56,283 nucleotides of DNA from Candidatus Microgenomates bacterium (GCA_025451195.1 JANWKV010000038.1:1-56283); one strand, 5' to 3'; positions 1 to 10,349 are shown, counted from the stretch's first letter. Notes: generated by a model not told the origin, from the sequence alone. Made by a program: numbers and translations.

Positions 1-384
1 ATCGTAAGTACCATTTGTATCTGAAACAACATGTTTGTTTGTTACAATAAGGCCGTCCGGCCTAACAATAAAACCTGAGCCGATTGCCTGCGGCTGCTGG
101 GACGGGTTATCTTGCGGGCTCCCAAATCCGAAAATGGAAAATGGTCCAAGATCAAATGATTGCTGACTGGAATTGTCGGATAATTCCTCAACCGTTACAA
201 CAGACGGGCCAACTTTTTTAACAGCGTCTATAGTTACCGATTCTTCAGAGACAACTTTTACTTTTTGAGAAGAGTTAGAAGAAATTCCAATGTTTTGTAA
301 AAGGCTTGGTGTAAACTTTTCCAAAGAACTGATAATTCCAAGGATTAAAGCCAAAATAATAACTAAAATAATTAGCTTTTTCAT
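1..384 (-). CDS. HtrA/DegP-family trypsin-like serine protease, N-terminal part (runs off the window edge)
   Basis: Manual translation from ATG at 384: MKKLIILVIILALILGII...DAVKKVGPSVVTV...AIGSGFIVRPDGLIVTNKHVV. The GSGF and TNxHVV motifs are typical of HtrA. Confidence 0.9.
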   Translation of the reverse strand, partial: MKKLIILVIILALILGIISSLEKFTPSLLQNIGISSNSSQKVKVVSEESVTIDAVKKVGPSVVTVEELSDNSSQQSFDLGPFSIFGFGSPQDNPSQQPQAIGSGFIVRPDGLIVTNKHVVSDTNGTYD

Positions 385-497
385 CTTCCGGTTAATATAT
401 TATTCCAACTAAACTAGAATTTCAAGAATAGCTTAAAGCACCAATCTTAAATTTAACTGAATGGGAATTTGTATTTTTATTTGCGCGTATGCGCGGC

Positions 498-1766
498 TTA
501 TTTTTTAACCAAAACTTCTATAGCTTTTTCAAGCTGAGTATCATGGGACGGATCACTTGGATCAAGAGAAACTTTTACGTCCGGGGTTAACCCCTTTCCA
601 TGGATCCATCTGTTTTTGGGAGTTAACCATTTGGCAATTGTTACATGAAGCCCGGCACCATCACCCATATCCAAAGCCTGCTGGACAGTACCTTTTCCGA
701 ATGACTGGTCGCCAACCAAAGTTGCTTTACCGTAATCCTGCATAGCCCCGGATACAATCTCCGATGCGGAAGCACTTCCTCCGTTTATCAAAATAACAAG
801 CGGAACGTCTATTAAGTTTCCTTGCCTGGTTACAGAAAGGGTTGTTGTATCGCCTCCCCCCATATCCTCGGTTACAACCGGCGTACCTATTTTAAGGAAT
901 TCGCCCGCAATAAATGTTGCGTCTGTTAAATATCCGCCAGGATTGTTACGTAAGTCTAAAATTACTCCCTTTACTGATTTATCGGACTTTAATGTGGCTG
1001 CAAGTTTGCCGACAATTGTTACCCAATCTGCATTTGTCGCGTCTCCAAATTGAGAAAGTCTTACATACATTACCTTTTCCTTTGCGTATTTATTCTTGAA
1101 ATCCGTACTGATTGCATCTATATCTTTAACTGATTTTATCCATCCGAAAACACTTTTTACCGTAATCGTATCGCGAACAATAGAGATTGTTGATACGGTT
1201 TTTGCATCTTTGTGTATAACTCCTAAACTTACCGTTGTCCCTTTAGGCCCACGTATTTTATCTACAGCTTGTTGTAAATCCCAACCTTGTGTAAATGTAT
1301 TGTCAACTTTTACAACAACATCCCCGGCTCTAAGACCTGCTTTTTGGGAAGGACTGCCGTCAAGAGGTGCAATTACGATAATATCTTTGTCTTTCATCCC
1401 GAGTTCGGCGCCAATCCCTGAAAACTGGCCTGCCATTTGTTGTTGAAAATTTGTCTGGGCAACAGGCGGCAAATACATGGAATAAGGATCACCAAGTGAT
1501 GAAACAAGCCCGGAAATTGCTCCGTTTAACATTTTTTGCGGGTCAATGGCTTTTTTGTCGTAGTAAAGTGTATTTACCCTATCCCACACATTCCAAAACA
1601 TGGAAAGGTCAACAGTACCAAGACTCGATGGCGGCTCTTTGTTAATAATTGAAAATTGAGGTTTGTAATTTTTCCAGTCAAGGTTAACTTTATTAATTCC
1701 AACAGCGTATCCGATAAACAAAGATATAAGAACAACCAAGATAAATTGGAGTTTGCTAACTCGCAT
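498..1766 (-). CDS. S41 family C-terminal processing protease (CtpA/Prc-like) with PDZ domain
   Basis: N-terminal TM, DPYS, PDZ (GIGAEL), DLRNNPGG, SASASEIVSGA and FGKG motifs. Confidence 0.95.
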   Translation of the reverse strand: MRVSKLQFILVVLISLFIGYAVGINKVNLDWKNYKPQFSIINKEPPSSLGTVDLSMFWNVWDRVNTLYYDKKAIDPQKMLNGAISGLVSSLGDPYSMYLPPVAQTNFQQQMAGQFSGIGAELGMKDKDIIVIAPLDGSPSQKAGLRAGDVVVKVDNTFTQGWDLQQAVDKIRGPKGTTVSLGVIHKDAKTVSTISIVRDTITVKSVFGWIKSVKDIDAISTDFKNKYAKEKVMYVRLSQFGDATNADWVTIVGKLAATLKSDKSVKGVILDLRNNPGGYLTDATFIAGEFLKIGTPVVTEDMGGGDTTTLSVTRQGNLIDVPLVILINGGSASASEIVSGAMQDYGKATLVGDQSFGKGTVQQALDMGDGAGLHVTIAKWLTPKNRWIHGKGLTPDVKVSLDPSDPSHDTQLEKAIEVLVKK

Positions 1767-1866
1767 GATCTATTTATTATAAATACCAAGTAATATATGT
1801 GCAAGCGGTGATTTTAAAATTTATTGGGTTATTTGCTTATTTGTTTATTGGCTTATTGTCGTATGG

Positions 1867-2112
1867 TTAGTCTTTGGAGATAAAGGGTAATAAAGCCAAA
1901 TGCCGTGCATATTTTATGGCTAGTGTTAAATGCCTTTGGTGCTGTGCGCACAAACCGTTTCTGGCCCTTCCCATAATTTTGCCCCGTTCTGTCAGGAATT
2001 TTTGCAGTGTTTCTACATCTGAATATATAGGTTCCTTTTTTTCCTCACAGAACAAACAATTCTTAGGACTTGTTAGTTTTCTTCTTGGTCTGATTTCTTT
2101 TTTCTTTTTCAT
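1867..2112 (-). CDS. rpsR: 30S ribosomal protein S18 (Zn-ribbon CxxC type)
   Basis: CLFC...[11 protein letters not shown]...CAQHQR...[12 protein letters not shown]; lies in the rpsF-ssb-rpsR operon. Confidence 0.97.
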   Translation of the reverse strand: MKKKKEIRPRRKLTSPKNCLFCEEKKEPIYSDVETLQKFLTERGKIMGRARNGLCAQHQRHLTLAIKYARHLALLPFISKD

Positions 2113-2123
2113 ATATTTTCATT

Positions 2124-2182
2124 GTCATTCCCGCGAAGGCGGGAATCTATTTCTATTGATCCTCGATCTAGTCGAGAATGAC
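2124..2182. repeat. REP-like composite palindromic element (GTCATTCCCGC-GAAG-GCGGGAATC ... GAATGAC)
   Basis: Terminal inverted repeat GTCATTC/GAATGAC enclosing two hairpins: ATTCCCGC/GCGGGAAT (2127-2146) and CTCGA/TCGAG (2162-2176). Confidence 0.8.
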
Positions 2183-2186
2183 TTTA

Positions 2187-2708
2187 CTAAAAAGGTATAT
2201 CGTCAGGCGATACGTCGCCTTCTTCAACAATGCTTTTTTCTTCAACTTTACCACCCTGCTTGGGAGAAGTTTTTACTTCAACTTCTTCCTTTTCCCCTGA
2301 TGATTTGGCCGGCTTTGATTCTTCAGGCTTTACACTTTCCTGCATTTCCGATTCCGGCTCTATTGTTGTCGCTCTTTTACTCGACAGGACAATCATATCA
2401 TCTGCAACAATTTCTGTTGTTGATTTTTGTGCTCCGTCTTGTCCTGTCCAACTTCTTGTTGCCAAGCGTCCGTGAAAGTAAACTTTTGCGCCTTTGCTTA
2501 AAAGCTGGGCGCAAAGCTCGGCTAATTTATTCCAGACAACGACCCTATGAAATTCTGTTTCTTCCTTTTTCTCACCTGTGTCTGTTGTCCAACTTCTGTT
2601 TGTAGCAACACCTATTGTTGCAACAGCAGTGCCGGACGGCGTGTATCTGAGTTCCGGATCTCTTGTTAAATTACCGATTATCTGTACCGAATTTAAACTT
2701 CGTGCCAT
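2187..2708 (-). CDS. ssb: Single-stranded DNA-binding protein
   Basis: LNSVQIIGNLTRDPELRYTPSG N-terminus and acidic DDIPF C-terminus. Confidence 0.98.
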   Translation of the reverse strand: MARSLNSVQIIGNLTRDPELRYTPSGTAVATIGVATNRSWTTDTGEKKEETEFHRVVVWNKLAELCAQLLSKGAKVYFHGRLATRSWTGQDGAQKSTTEIVADDMIVLSSKRATTIEPESEMQESVKPEESKPAKSSGEKEEVEVKTSPKQGGKVEEKSIVEEGDVSPDDIPF

Positions 2709-2721
2709 AACTAAAAAATTT

Positions 2722-3018
2722 TTAATTTTTAATTTTTAACGTGTTATCCTTTCCCCTTATTAATAAATGTCTTAAGACTTGATCCGTATTAAATAATTTT
2801 CTTTCAAAGTCCAATGGGATTTTATCCCCTTCTACATTAAAACTGTAATAAAATCCTGTTAATTCTTTTTTAATTTTGTATTTTAAGGCTTTACTGCCCC
2901 AATCTTTTTCGTTGGAAATCTTAAGGCCTTTTAGCCATGATTTTACGGTTTCCAGAAGTTTTGTCCGCTCTTTTTCCTGAACAGGGCGTAAAATTAAAAC
3001 AAATTCGTATGTCCGCAT
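2722..3018 (-). CDS. rpsF: 30S ribosomal protein S6
   Basis: MRTYEFVLIL...WGSKALKYKIKK...GFY...VLRHLLIR; position upstream of ssb. Start re-called to ATG at 3018. Confidence 0.93.
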   Translation of the reverse strand: MRTYEFVLILRPVQEKERTKLLETVKSWLKGLKISNEKDWGSKALKYKIKKELTGFYYSFNVEGDKIPLDFERKLFNTDQVLRHLLIRGKDNTLKIKN

Positions 3019-3127
3019 GTTTATGTATTTTATCACGTAGAGCTTGTGCCTGACAAGTACTACTTATTCGCAACATAATATATAACGCTATATACAATAC
3101 TACATAATTAATTTAGCCTTTATTTAT

Positions 3128-3155
3128 TTGACTCTAGGATATTTTGTGTTATACT
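3128..3155 (+). promoter_or_regulatory. Sigma70-type promoter
   Basis: TTGACT-16 nt-TATACT with TG extension, 19 nt before the ATG at 3175. Confidence 0.55.
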
Positions 3156-3174
3156 TGTCGCAAGGTGTAATCAT

Positions 3175-4263
3175 ATGGCAAGATCCGGAAACGAGGCCTT
3201 TAAGATAGCAGGAATAGAGCAAATTTCAAGGGGCGGCCAGTTAAAAGACTTTTTAGCTCAGGACCCCATATTTCAAAGAGTTGCGCAATCAGCAAATACC
3301 GCAATTAGAGCAGCCAGACTTGCTCTTGATCATCAACTCGTTATAAATTCTATTCCGGACCCAAAAAGTAGAGTTCTTACCTTAGTTTTTTACGTTTCAC
3401 AACATTTTCTTCATGAAAATCGAAGATCTATCGGTCACGATCCTCAAGATGCTGTTTATGAAGAATACGGGTTTCCACCAGAGCTTCAAAATGCGGCAGA
3501 CAAAGCAGCTAGCAATATTACAGATACAAGATCCTGGAGAACTTTTTTAGATGTAGCAAGAGCGTATAGGGCAAAAATTTTTGAACAACAGCAGATTGAG
3601 GCTCAAAGATTAGAAGAAGCACGCCGCCAACAAAGGACATTAGAAGTACAAACACACCTAGAGCAAGTAAGGGCTCAGGAACATGAGGCGTTAAGACTGC
3701 TAAATGCAAATGCAGTGCCAGAGTCTCTTGTGTTTCCAGATGCCAATCAAGATCAAATAGAAAGACGCATACGGCTTATTAATTTGCGAAGAACTCCTCA
3801 AGGAGCAGCCATGATAACCGAAGAGATGGCGCGTGCTTTAAACGTTTCTGTCCCAACAGTAATAAAAGATCAAAGAGCTATAGATATTAGGTATCCCGGT
3901 GCTATACCGCCAAGACGCCATGGCGCTATTCTCGGCCCAAGACAAATAACAGTTACACACAAAGATGCAATTATAGAAACAGTTGCAAGGCTCGAAGAAG
4001 AACACGGCCCATGGAAGTATAGATGTGTTACCTACGAGATGGTTGGAAATGAGTTGGGAATGACTCCGGTAGCTGTTAAAAATATTGTGCTAGATGATTT
4101 AAACCTTCCGCACCAAGACCGCGGAACAATTCATGCAGCGATTGTCCGGGATACACAAATTTTAAGAGGAGAAGGGAAAACAGATAGAGAAATAATTGAC
4201 CGTTTTGGAAGGTATGGAATTTCTGAGAGACAAGTGAGAATGGCAATGGGGGAAAAACTTTAG
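3175..4263 (+). CDS. Hypothetical protein with coiled coil and up to three putative HTH motifs
   Basis: 362-aa ORF; HTH-like segments EEMARALNVSVPTVIKD, YEMVGNELGMTPVAVKNI and GKTDREII...GISERQVR. Confidence 0.7.
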   Translation: MARSGNEAFKIAGIEQISRGGQLKDFLAQDPIFQRVAQSANTAIRAARLALDHQLVINSIPDPKSRVLTLVFYVSQHFLHENRRSIGHDPQDAVYEEYGFPPELQNAADKAASNITDTRSWRTFLDVARAYRAKIFEQQQIEAQRLEEARRQQRTLEVQTHLEQVRAQEHEALRLLNANAVPESLVFPDANQDQIERRIRLINLRRTPQGAAMITEEMARALNVSVPTVIKDQRAIDIRYPGAIPPRRHGAILGPRQITVTHKDAIIETVARLEEEHGPWKYRCVTYEMVGNELGMTPVAVKNIVLDDLNLPHQDRGTIHAAIVRDTQILRGEGKTDREIIDRFGRYGISERQVRMAMGEKL

Positions 4264-5361
4264 TTAGCTGCCTATTTTAAATTCCACAACATCCCCGTCC
4301 TGAATAATATAATCTTTACCTTCAAGTCTTGCTTTCCCGTGTTCTCGTGAACTTTTCCAGCCGCTATTCCCAACAAAATCGTCAAAACTTACAACCTCTG
4401 CCTTAATAAACTTTTTCATAAAATCCGTATGTATTTCCCCTGCCGCTTCTACTGCTGTTGAAGATTTTTTAATTGTCCATGCCCTTACTTCTTTTTCCCC
4501 ACAAGTTAAGAAAGAAATTAAACCCAAGTTGGAATATGCTTTTTGGATAAGACGCTCCAAACCGGAAGTTGTAAACCCTAAGTCTTTTAAATATTGAGCT
4601 TGATCTTCTTCGGAGAGTTCCGAAAGCTCTGATTCTATCTTTGCGCAGATTACGGAAAAATTGTTTTTTGGCAATTGCAAAAGTTGTGAGTATTTTTCTA
4701 CAAGAGATTCTATATTAACCAAAGAATATTCATCTTCCGAAACATTTAGCACAATAACTTCCGGTTTTGCAGAAATAAGGAACATTCCTTTCACCACTCC
4801 CCATTCTTCTTCAGATAAGTTTTGATTTCTCACAGGTATTCCCGCGTTTAAATTCTCAATTAATTTTTTAAATAATGGTTTTAGCGGGTCGTTGCTTTTA
4901 ATAGCAGAATCCTGTTTTTGCAAAGACTGTAAATCTGCAAGGATAAGCTCGGTTGTAATTGTTGCATAATCGTTTTCCGGGTCAGAACTTCCCTCTCGTA
5001 TAATATTGTCGTCTGTAAAAGCCCTGACAACATGGGAAATTACACTTACTTCTCTTATGTGGGATAGAAATTTATTTCCCAAACCCGCACCCTCGGCTGC
5101 TCCTTTTACCAAACCCGCAATATCTACAAACTCCACAGTTGCGTTTTTTATTGGCGGAAACCCAACCATTTTTTCTTCTGTCTTTGTGATTTCTGCCAAT
5201 TTTTGAAGCCTTTCGTCCGGCACCGGCACAATTCCAATATTTGGTTCTATTGTTGCAAAAGGATAATTTGCAGCCAGCGCCTGCTGTTTTTTTAAGAGAG
5301 CATTGAATAACGTGGATTTCCCAACATTGGGAAGTCCAACTATCCCGACAGAAAGATTCAT
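4264..5361 (-). CDS. ychF: Redox-regulated ribosome-binding ATPase YchF
   Basis: GIVGLPNVGKSTLFNAL, ANYPFATIEPN, DIAGLVKGA, C-terminal TGS domain. Start re-called to ATG at 5361. Confidence 0.97.
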   Translation of the reverse strand: MNLSVGIVGLPNVGKSTLFNALLKKQQALAANYPFATIEPNIGIVPVPDERLQKLAEITKTEEKMVGFPPIKNATVEFVDIAGLVKGAAEGAGLGNKFLSHIREVSVISHVVRAFTDDNIIREGSSDPENDYATITTELILADLQSLQKQDSAIKSNDPLKPLFKKLIENLNAGIPVRNQNLSEEEWGVVKGMFLISAKPEVIVLNVSEDEYSLVNIESLVEKYSQLLQLPKNNFSVICAKIESELSELSEEDQAQYLKDLGFTTSGLERLIQKAYSNLGLISFLTCGEKEVRAWTIKKSSTAVEAAGEIHTDFMKKFIKAEVVSFDDFVGNSGWKSSREHGKARLEGKDYIIQDGDVVEFKIGS

Positions 5362-5618
5362 AAGGCTAATTTTAACAGAAAGACAAAAAGCAAACAATTC
5401 TTAGCTTCAAACGTTTGGGGAAACCTACATACTATTATACACTGTTTGCAAACCTGAGTTAGATGGGTATAAAGCAAATGGGGGGAAGATACCAATTTAT
5501 ATGGAAAGGAGTGCACTTTATTACCGGCGAAGGTAAAATTCCGGAGGTATAAATGGACAAGGTGTTGGGGATATTATGTTTTAAATAATTATTTAGTATA
5601 ATCAATAACTACCCTGCC

Positions 5619-6584
5619 ATGAAAACAACAAACAGCGAACATATGTATTCAAAAAAAAGGCCTCGTTTTACATTAAAGATGCCGAATAAATCTCTTCTGT
5701 TTAATCTGGCAGCAGTATTTGGTTTAATATTTTTGTTTGGATTAGTCTTGTTTGGAGAATATGAAGTATTGCAAAGACCAGTACCCGCGATGGTCAGAAA
5801 AACACTAAAAACAGTTCCACCGGACGTTAAAAAAACAATTGTAAAAGAGCAAAAAACAGCAACAATCTCAGCAACACTCCATATTCCAATCCTTATGTAT
5901 CACTATGTAGAGTATGTACAAGATAAGAAAGATACAGAAAGGCAAGAACTTAATGTTAATCCAAACGTATTTGAAGAGCAATTGCAAACCCTTATAGCCG
6001 GACACTACACTTTTATCACTGCGAAAGAATTAGGAGATATTTTTGATGGTAACATGCCAATTCCCCAAAATCCTATTATGCTTACTTTTGATGACGGTCA
6101 TTGGGATTTAGATACCAGCGTATTGCCAATTCTTAAAAAATATAATGTTCGTGCAACCGCATATATTATTTCCGGATTTATTGGAACAAATACCGACTCT
6201 TTAACCCCAGAAGAATTACAGGATGTTATTAACAGTGGTCTTGTGGAAATAGGAGATCATACAATAAATCACCCATCCCTCAAGGGCAAACCACTTGCTT
6301 TCGTTGAAAGAGAAATTGTTCAAAGCAAGATGGATCTTGAGCAAAGGTATCATTTGCACATTGTTTCTTTTGCATATCCATATGGATCGTTTGACCGGCA
6401 AGCAATACATGTGGTAAAAGCTGCGGGATATACAACAGCTGTCTCAACTATTGCTGGAAACGAACAAAATAATCAAAACAGGTTCTTCCTTTTTCGAGTT
6501 AGACCAGGATATCTTACCGGAAAAGCTCTTATTAACTATCTCAACTACAAGTGGCCTCAATATAAGTATTATAATGGAGAATAA
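5619..6584 (+). CDS. Membrane-anchored polysaccharide deacetylase (CE4/NodB)
   Basis: PILMYHY, LTFDDG, HTINH and FAYPYG motifs; N-terminal TM. Confidence 0.93.
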   Translation: MKTTNSEHMYSKKRPRFTLKMPNKSLLFNLAAVFGLIFLFGLVLFGEYEVLQRPVPAMVRKTLKTVPPDVKKTIVKEQKTATISATLHIPILMYHYVEYVQDKKDTERQELNVNPNVFEEQLQTLIAGHYTFITAKELGDIFDGNMPIPQNPIMLTFDDGHWDLDTSVLPILKKYNVRATAYIISGFIGTNTDSLTPEELQDVINSGLVEIGDHTINHPSLKGKPLAFVEREIVQSKMDLEQRYHLHIVSFAYPYGSFDRQAIHVVKAAGYTTAVSTIAGNEQNNQNRFFLFRVRPGYLTGKALINYLNYKWPQYKYYNGE

Positions 6585-6590
6585 TATTGT

Positions 6591-7250
6591 ATGCAAAACT
6601 GGTTATTGTCTTTAGCTGAAAGCTCCCAGCTTGATCCTCTCACAGACTTGTTAGGACACTTTCTTGTTCATAATGGCATTTTTGCTCCCATGATCTTACT
6701 GCTTTTCGAAGAATCTGGCATCCCCCTTCCAATCCCGGGAGATATTTACATTGCCTATACCGGATATTTAGTGAAAACAGGAAAGATTTCGTACCTATTG
6801 GCATTTGTGTTACTTTTATTATTTGTTCTTATGGGTTCGTCTATTCTCTACGTCCTCTCTTACAGGTATGGACATACCATTGTTTTAAAATTTGGACGAT
6901 TTATTCACCTTGATGAGAAGAAGTTGGACACAGTTGAGAAACATTTTAGGAAATACGGGCCACTTGTAATTATTTTTGGCAGACATGTCCCAGGTTTTAG
7001 AATACCTATTACCGTTTTTTCAGGAATGTCAAAAGTTTCGTATAAAACGTTTATTGTTAGCACGTTTATTTCTGTTGTTTTTTGGATTTGGTTTTACTTG
7101 TCCATTGGACAGAGCCTTGGAGTAAAAATATTCCACTTGATACATGGTAACTACACCTATCTATTGCTGCTGTTAATTCCATTTATTATCTTTTTTGGAT
7201 CTGTTGCTCTCATGCATGCTAATAATAAGCAAGGCAAACAGAAGAATTAG
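6591..7250 (+). CDS. DedA family membrane protein
   Basis: EESGIPLPIPGD, F-x-K-Y-G and GRHVPGFR motifs. Confidence 0.93.
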   Translation: MQNWLLSLAESSQLDPLTDLLGHFLVHNGIFAPMILLLFEESGIPLPIPGDIYIAYTGYLVKTGKISYLLAFVLLLLFVLMGSSILYVLSYRYGHTIVLKFGRFIHLDEKKLDTVEKHFRKYGPLVIIFGRHVPGFRIPITVFSGMSKVSYKTFIVSTFISVVFWIWFYLSIGQSLGVKIFHLIHGNYTYLLLLLIPFIIFFGSVALMHANNKQGKQKN

Positions 7251-7270
7251 AATGATATAATGTAATTCTA

Positions 7271-7753
7271 ATGAACTCTCTGATTATCTTTACGGCACAA
7301 TATGTTTTCCTAATTAGTATTGGGTTATTTCTTGTCTATTCTGGAGATTTATGGATAAAACAGAGAAAAATATTTTTTTCTTTTGTATTGCTTTCAATAA
7401 CCTCTTTTCTTCTCTCATTTATTATCGCCAAGATATTAGCTAATTTTATCTATGACCCTCGCCCTTTTGTTGTTGAACATGTAAAACCACTTTTTCAGCA
7501 TATTGCAGATAATGGATTTCCATCAGACCATATGCTTCTTGCCATGACTATTGCATCTGTTGTGTTTGTTTATAGTAGAAAACTAGGAATACTGCTTACA
7601 GTTATTGCGGTCTGTATAGGAACAGCAAGAGTAACGGCACATGTTCACCATGTAGAAGATATTGTTGGGAGTGCATTCATTACAATCGTTGCAACCTATA
7701 TGTCAACACTCGTTTTACCGATTCTAAAAAATAAGCTCATGACTAAAAGATAA
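7271..7753 (+). CDS. PAP2-family phosphatase (BcrC-like undecaprenyl-PP phosphatase)
   Basis: K...RPF, FPSDH and ARVTAHVHHVEDI motifs. Confidence 0.9.
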   Translation: MNSLIIFTAQYVFLISIGLFLVYSGDLWIKQRKIFFSFVLLSITSFLLSFIIAKILANFIYDPRPFVVEHVKPLFQHIADNGFPSDHMLLAMTIASVVFVYSRKLGILLTVIAVCIGTARVTAHVHHVEDIVGSAFITIVATYMSTLVLPILKNKLMTKR

Positions 7754-7830
7754 CATTCTCCACAGACTCTAAAAATTGTTTTTACACCTAAGGAGTGTCT
7801 TTGATTTTGTAGTTACTTTTATTACAAAAG

Positions 7831-8835
7831 CTAAGCATTATTTGGAAATGTACAAGTAAAAGCACTCCCCATACCTGGTTGACTGATAACAGTAATCTTT
7901 CCTTTATGGAGCTTCATAATTGACTGCGCAATTGAAAGACCTAATCCGGCACCTTTCTCTGCATGAGAACTATCCGCCTGATAAAACCTTCTAAATATAT
8001 CTTTTTGTTTCTCATGGGCAATCCCTATACCTGTGTCTTCTACAATTAACTGCGGAATGGGTTTATTAATTACCTTTACCTTGATCTTTCCTTTTTTTTG
8101 GGTATATTTAATTGCGTTATCTAAAAGAATAACCACTAATTGTTGTAATTTATCCTTATCTCCTAAAGCAAATACATCTGGATTAATATTTTTTTCAACT
8201 GTTATACCTGCTTTTTTCATTAGAGGTTGAATTGTTTCTATTTCTTTCTCTACAACGTTTGTTAATGAACACTTTTCCAATGGTTTTGTACTGCCTGCGT
8301 CAAGTACGGATAATGATAATAAATCGCTAATGAGTTTTCCCAATCGTAGGCTTTGTTCGTAAACGAGACTAATTGCTTCCTGGTAATCTTCCTTTGTTTT
8401 TTTTGTAGAACGCATAACCACCTCACAAGCAGATTGAATAGTGGTAACAGGACTTTTCAATTCGTGCGAAGCATCTGCGACAAATGCTTTTTGTCCCGCA
8501 AGGATTTTTTCAATAGGCTGAAGCGTTTTACCTGCAAGAAAAAAACTAAGCCCGCTACCAAAAAGCAATATTACGGCATCAACAATAATAATATCTAAAC
8601 GGGACGTATTTCTAAGCTCGCGGACTTGAGCCAAAACTAGTCGCATCTCTGAGTTAGAAAGTGCTCTCGGTACATGATTCCCAAAATCCTGCTCCAAAAC
8701 AATACGAGTTACATCATTATTGTAAATTATGAAAAGTACAACAGAAAACAAAGCAAGTATTAGGAGAAGAATTACTGTATACCAACCAGATAACATTAAT
8801 CGAGTTTTTGTAAATTGCGGCAATTGATTAAACAT
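7831..8835 (-). CDS. Two-component sensor histidine kinase
   Basis: Two TMs; ADASHELKSP H-box; LLDNAIKY, DTGIGI and GAGLGLSIA boxes. Confidence 0.95.
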   Translation of the reverse strand: MFNQLPQFTKTRLMLSGWYTVILLLILALFSVVLFIIYNNDVTRIVLEQDFGNHVPRALSNSEMRLVLAQVRELRNTSRLDIIIVDAVILLFGSGLSFFLAGKTLQPIEKILAGQKAFVADASHELKSPVTTIQSACEVVMRSTKKTKEDYQEAISLVYEQSLRLGKLISDLLSLSVLDAGSTKPLEKCSLTNVVEKEIETIQPLMKKAGITVEKNINPDVFALGDKDKLQQLVVILLDNAIKYTQKKGKIKVKVINKPIPQLIVEDTGIGIAHEKQKDIFRRFYQADSSHAEKGAGLGLSIAQSIMKLHKGKITVISQPGMGSAFTCTFPNNA

Positions 8836-8839
8836 ATTT

Positions 8840-9511
8840 CTACTCTACGATTTTATATCCAAGACCTCTAACTGTTAGTATCATTCGCTTTTCTTTTGGG
8901 AATGCCTTATCTACTTTACTTCTCAACCTTTTCATAAGTACCTCTATAGTATTACTCATAGATTCATGTTGGTAGTCCCATGCATGACTTGTTATTTGTT
9001 CTCTTGTAACAATTTGATTAGGATGCCGCATGAGAAATTCTAGCAGTGCATACTCTTTTGCCGTCAATTCTATATTTTTCCCATTCCGGGTTACTTGATG
9101 AGTTTTTGGATTAATAATAAGTAATCCCACTCTTAACGTTGTTTCATTTGTTGTTGATCGCCTAATAAGAGAATGTACGCGCGCAATAAGCTCGTTAAAA
9201 GAAAAAGGTTTTGCTAAATAATCATCTGCTCCAGCATCAAGTCCTTCTACTTTTTCATCAGCGCTTCCTCTTGCCGTAAGCATAAGAATTGGAGTAAATA
9301 TTTTTTCATCTCTAAGTTTCTTGCAAATGGTAATGCCATCCATACCGGGCAGCATACGATCCAAAATAATTACATCATAATCTTCAACGCTTGCTTGCTC
9401 GTATGCCTGCTGCCCGTTATGGAGCACATCAACTAAAAACTTCTCATCCTTAAGTCCGGTTTTTATTGTATGGGCTAAACTGTACTCGTCTTCAACCAAA
9501 AGAATTCTCAT
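8840..9511 (-). CDS. OmpR/PhoB-family response regulator
   Basis: MRILLVED, LDRMLPGMDG, GADDYLAKPF and winged helix ending TVRGLGY. Confidence 0.96.
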   Translation of the reverse strand: MRILLVEDEYSLAHTIKTGLKDEKFLVDVLHNGQQAYEQASVEDYDVIILDRMLPGMDGITICKKLRDEKIFTPILMLTARGSADEKVEGLDAGADDYLAKPFSFNELIARVHSLIRRSTTNETTLRVGLLIINPKTHQVTRNGKNIELTAKEYALLEFLMRHPNQIVTREQITSHAWDYQHESMSNTIEVLMKRLRSKVDKAFPKEKRMILTVRGLGYKIVE

Positions 9512-9596
9512 TGCCCGATTATAGCAAATGTCATTTTCAGTTAATCTTTGGTTGTAAGAATACTTGAAGATACAATTATAGAAAGGAGGTGAAACT

Positions 9597-10349
9597 ATGC
9601 TAAGTAAAAAATTGACTACATTAATAACAGCTGGAGGGCTAACAATAATGCTTGTTCTTTCTCCTCTTGCTGTATTTGCGCAAACAGTTACGCCAGGAAG
9701 TACAAAGGCAGCAAATCAGGCAGCAAGACTTGCAAACTTACATACCCTTGCTGACAATGCTATCTCTATGAGACTAACATCTCTCAATAATGCATCTACC
9801 CGAGTTAATGGACTGGTAAAATTATCCAGCACACAAAAGACTCAATTTAGCGGAGAAATTACCACAGATGTGAATGGGCTTACTAGTCTTAAAACAAAAG
9901 TAGATGGAGATACTGATTTGCCAACGTTGAGGACAGACTACAGAACTATCTTTACAACATATAGAATATATGCTGAGTTTCTACCTCAACTGCACCTTTT
10001 AGTAGCATCAGATACTATGGATGTTACAGCCGATAAACTCTCTGATTTATATACAAAGTTACAAAGTAGAGTTTCCAACGCAGGCAATCCAAGCAATTTA
10101 ACAAGCTTACTGTCCGACATGCAAGCAAAAATTGCAGATGCCAGAACACAATATAGTAATGTACAGTCTCAAATAACATCGTTAACGCCACAAAGTTGGG
10201 ATAATGATCCAACCGGCACAACGAATATGTTAAAAAACGCACGGTCAGAAATTAAGACTGGTGCAGGAGACTTAAAAGCAGCACTAGCTGATGCAAAGCA
10301 AATTATTCAAACGCTTAAGGCAAATATAACGCCTAATCCTACCAAATAG
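9597..10349 (+). CDS. Secreted all-helical hypothetical protein
   Basis: Signal peptide ending AVFA|Q, strong RBS AAGGAGGTG, amphipathic helices. Confidence 0.8.
   Translation: MLSKKLTTLITAGGLTIMLVLSPLAVFAQTVTPGSTKAANQAARLANLHTLADNAISMRLTSLNNASTRVNGLVKLSSTQKTQFSGEITTDVNGLTSLKTKVDGDTDLPTLRTDYRTIFTTYRIYAEFLPQLHLLVASDTMDVTADKLSDLYTKLQSRVSNAGNPSNLTSLLSDMQAKIADARTQYSNVQSQITSLTPQSWDNDPTGTTNMLKNARSEIKTGAGDLKAALADAKQIIQTLKANITPNPTK

Noticed and set aside
1874-2605. 243-aa plus-strand ORF
   Set aside because: Antisense shadow of rpsR and ssb with no recognisable motifs. The same applies to the many short antisense ORFs in the track.
5400-5600. Purine-rich intergenic stretch that looks coding
   Set aside because: No frame gives a convincing ORF or motif; possibly a remnant, but unsupported.
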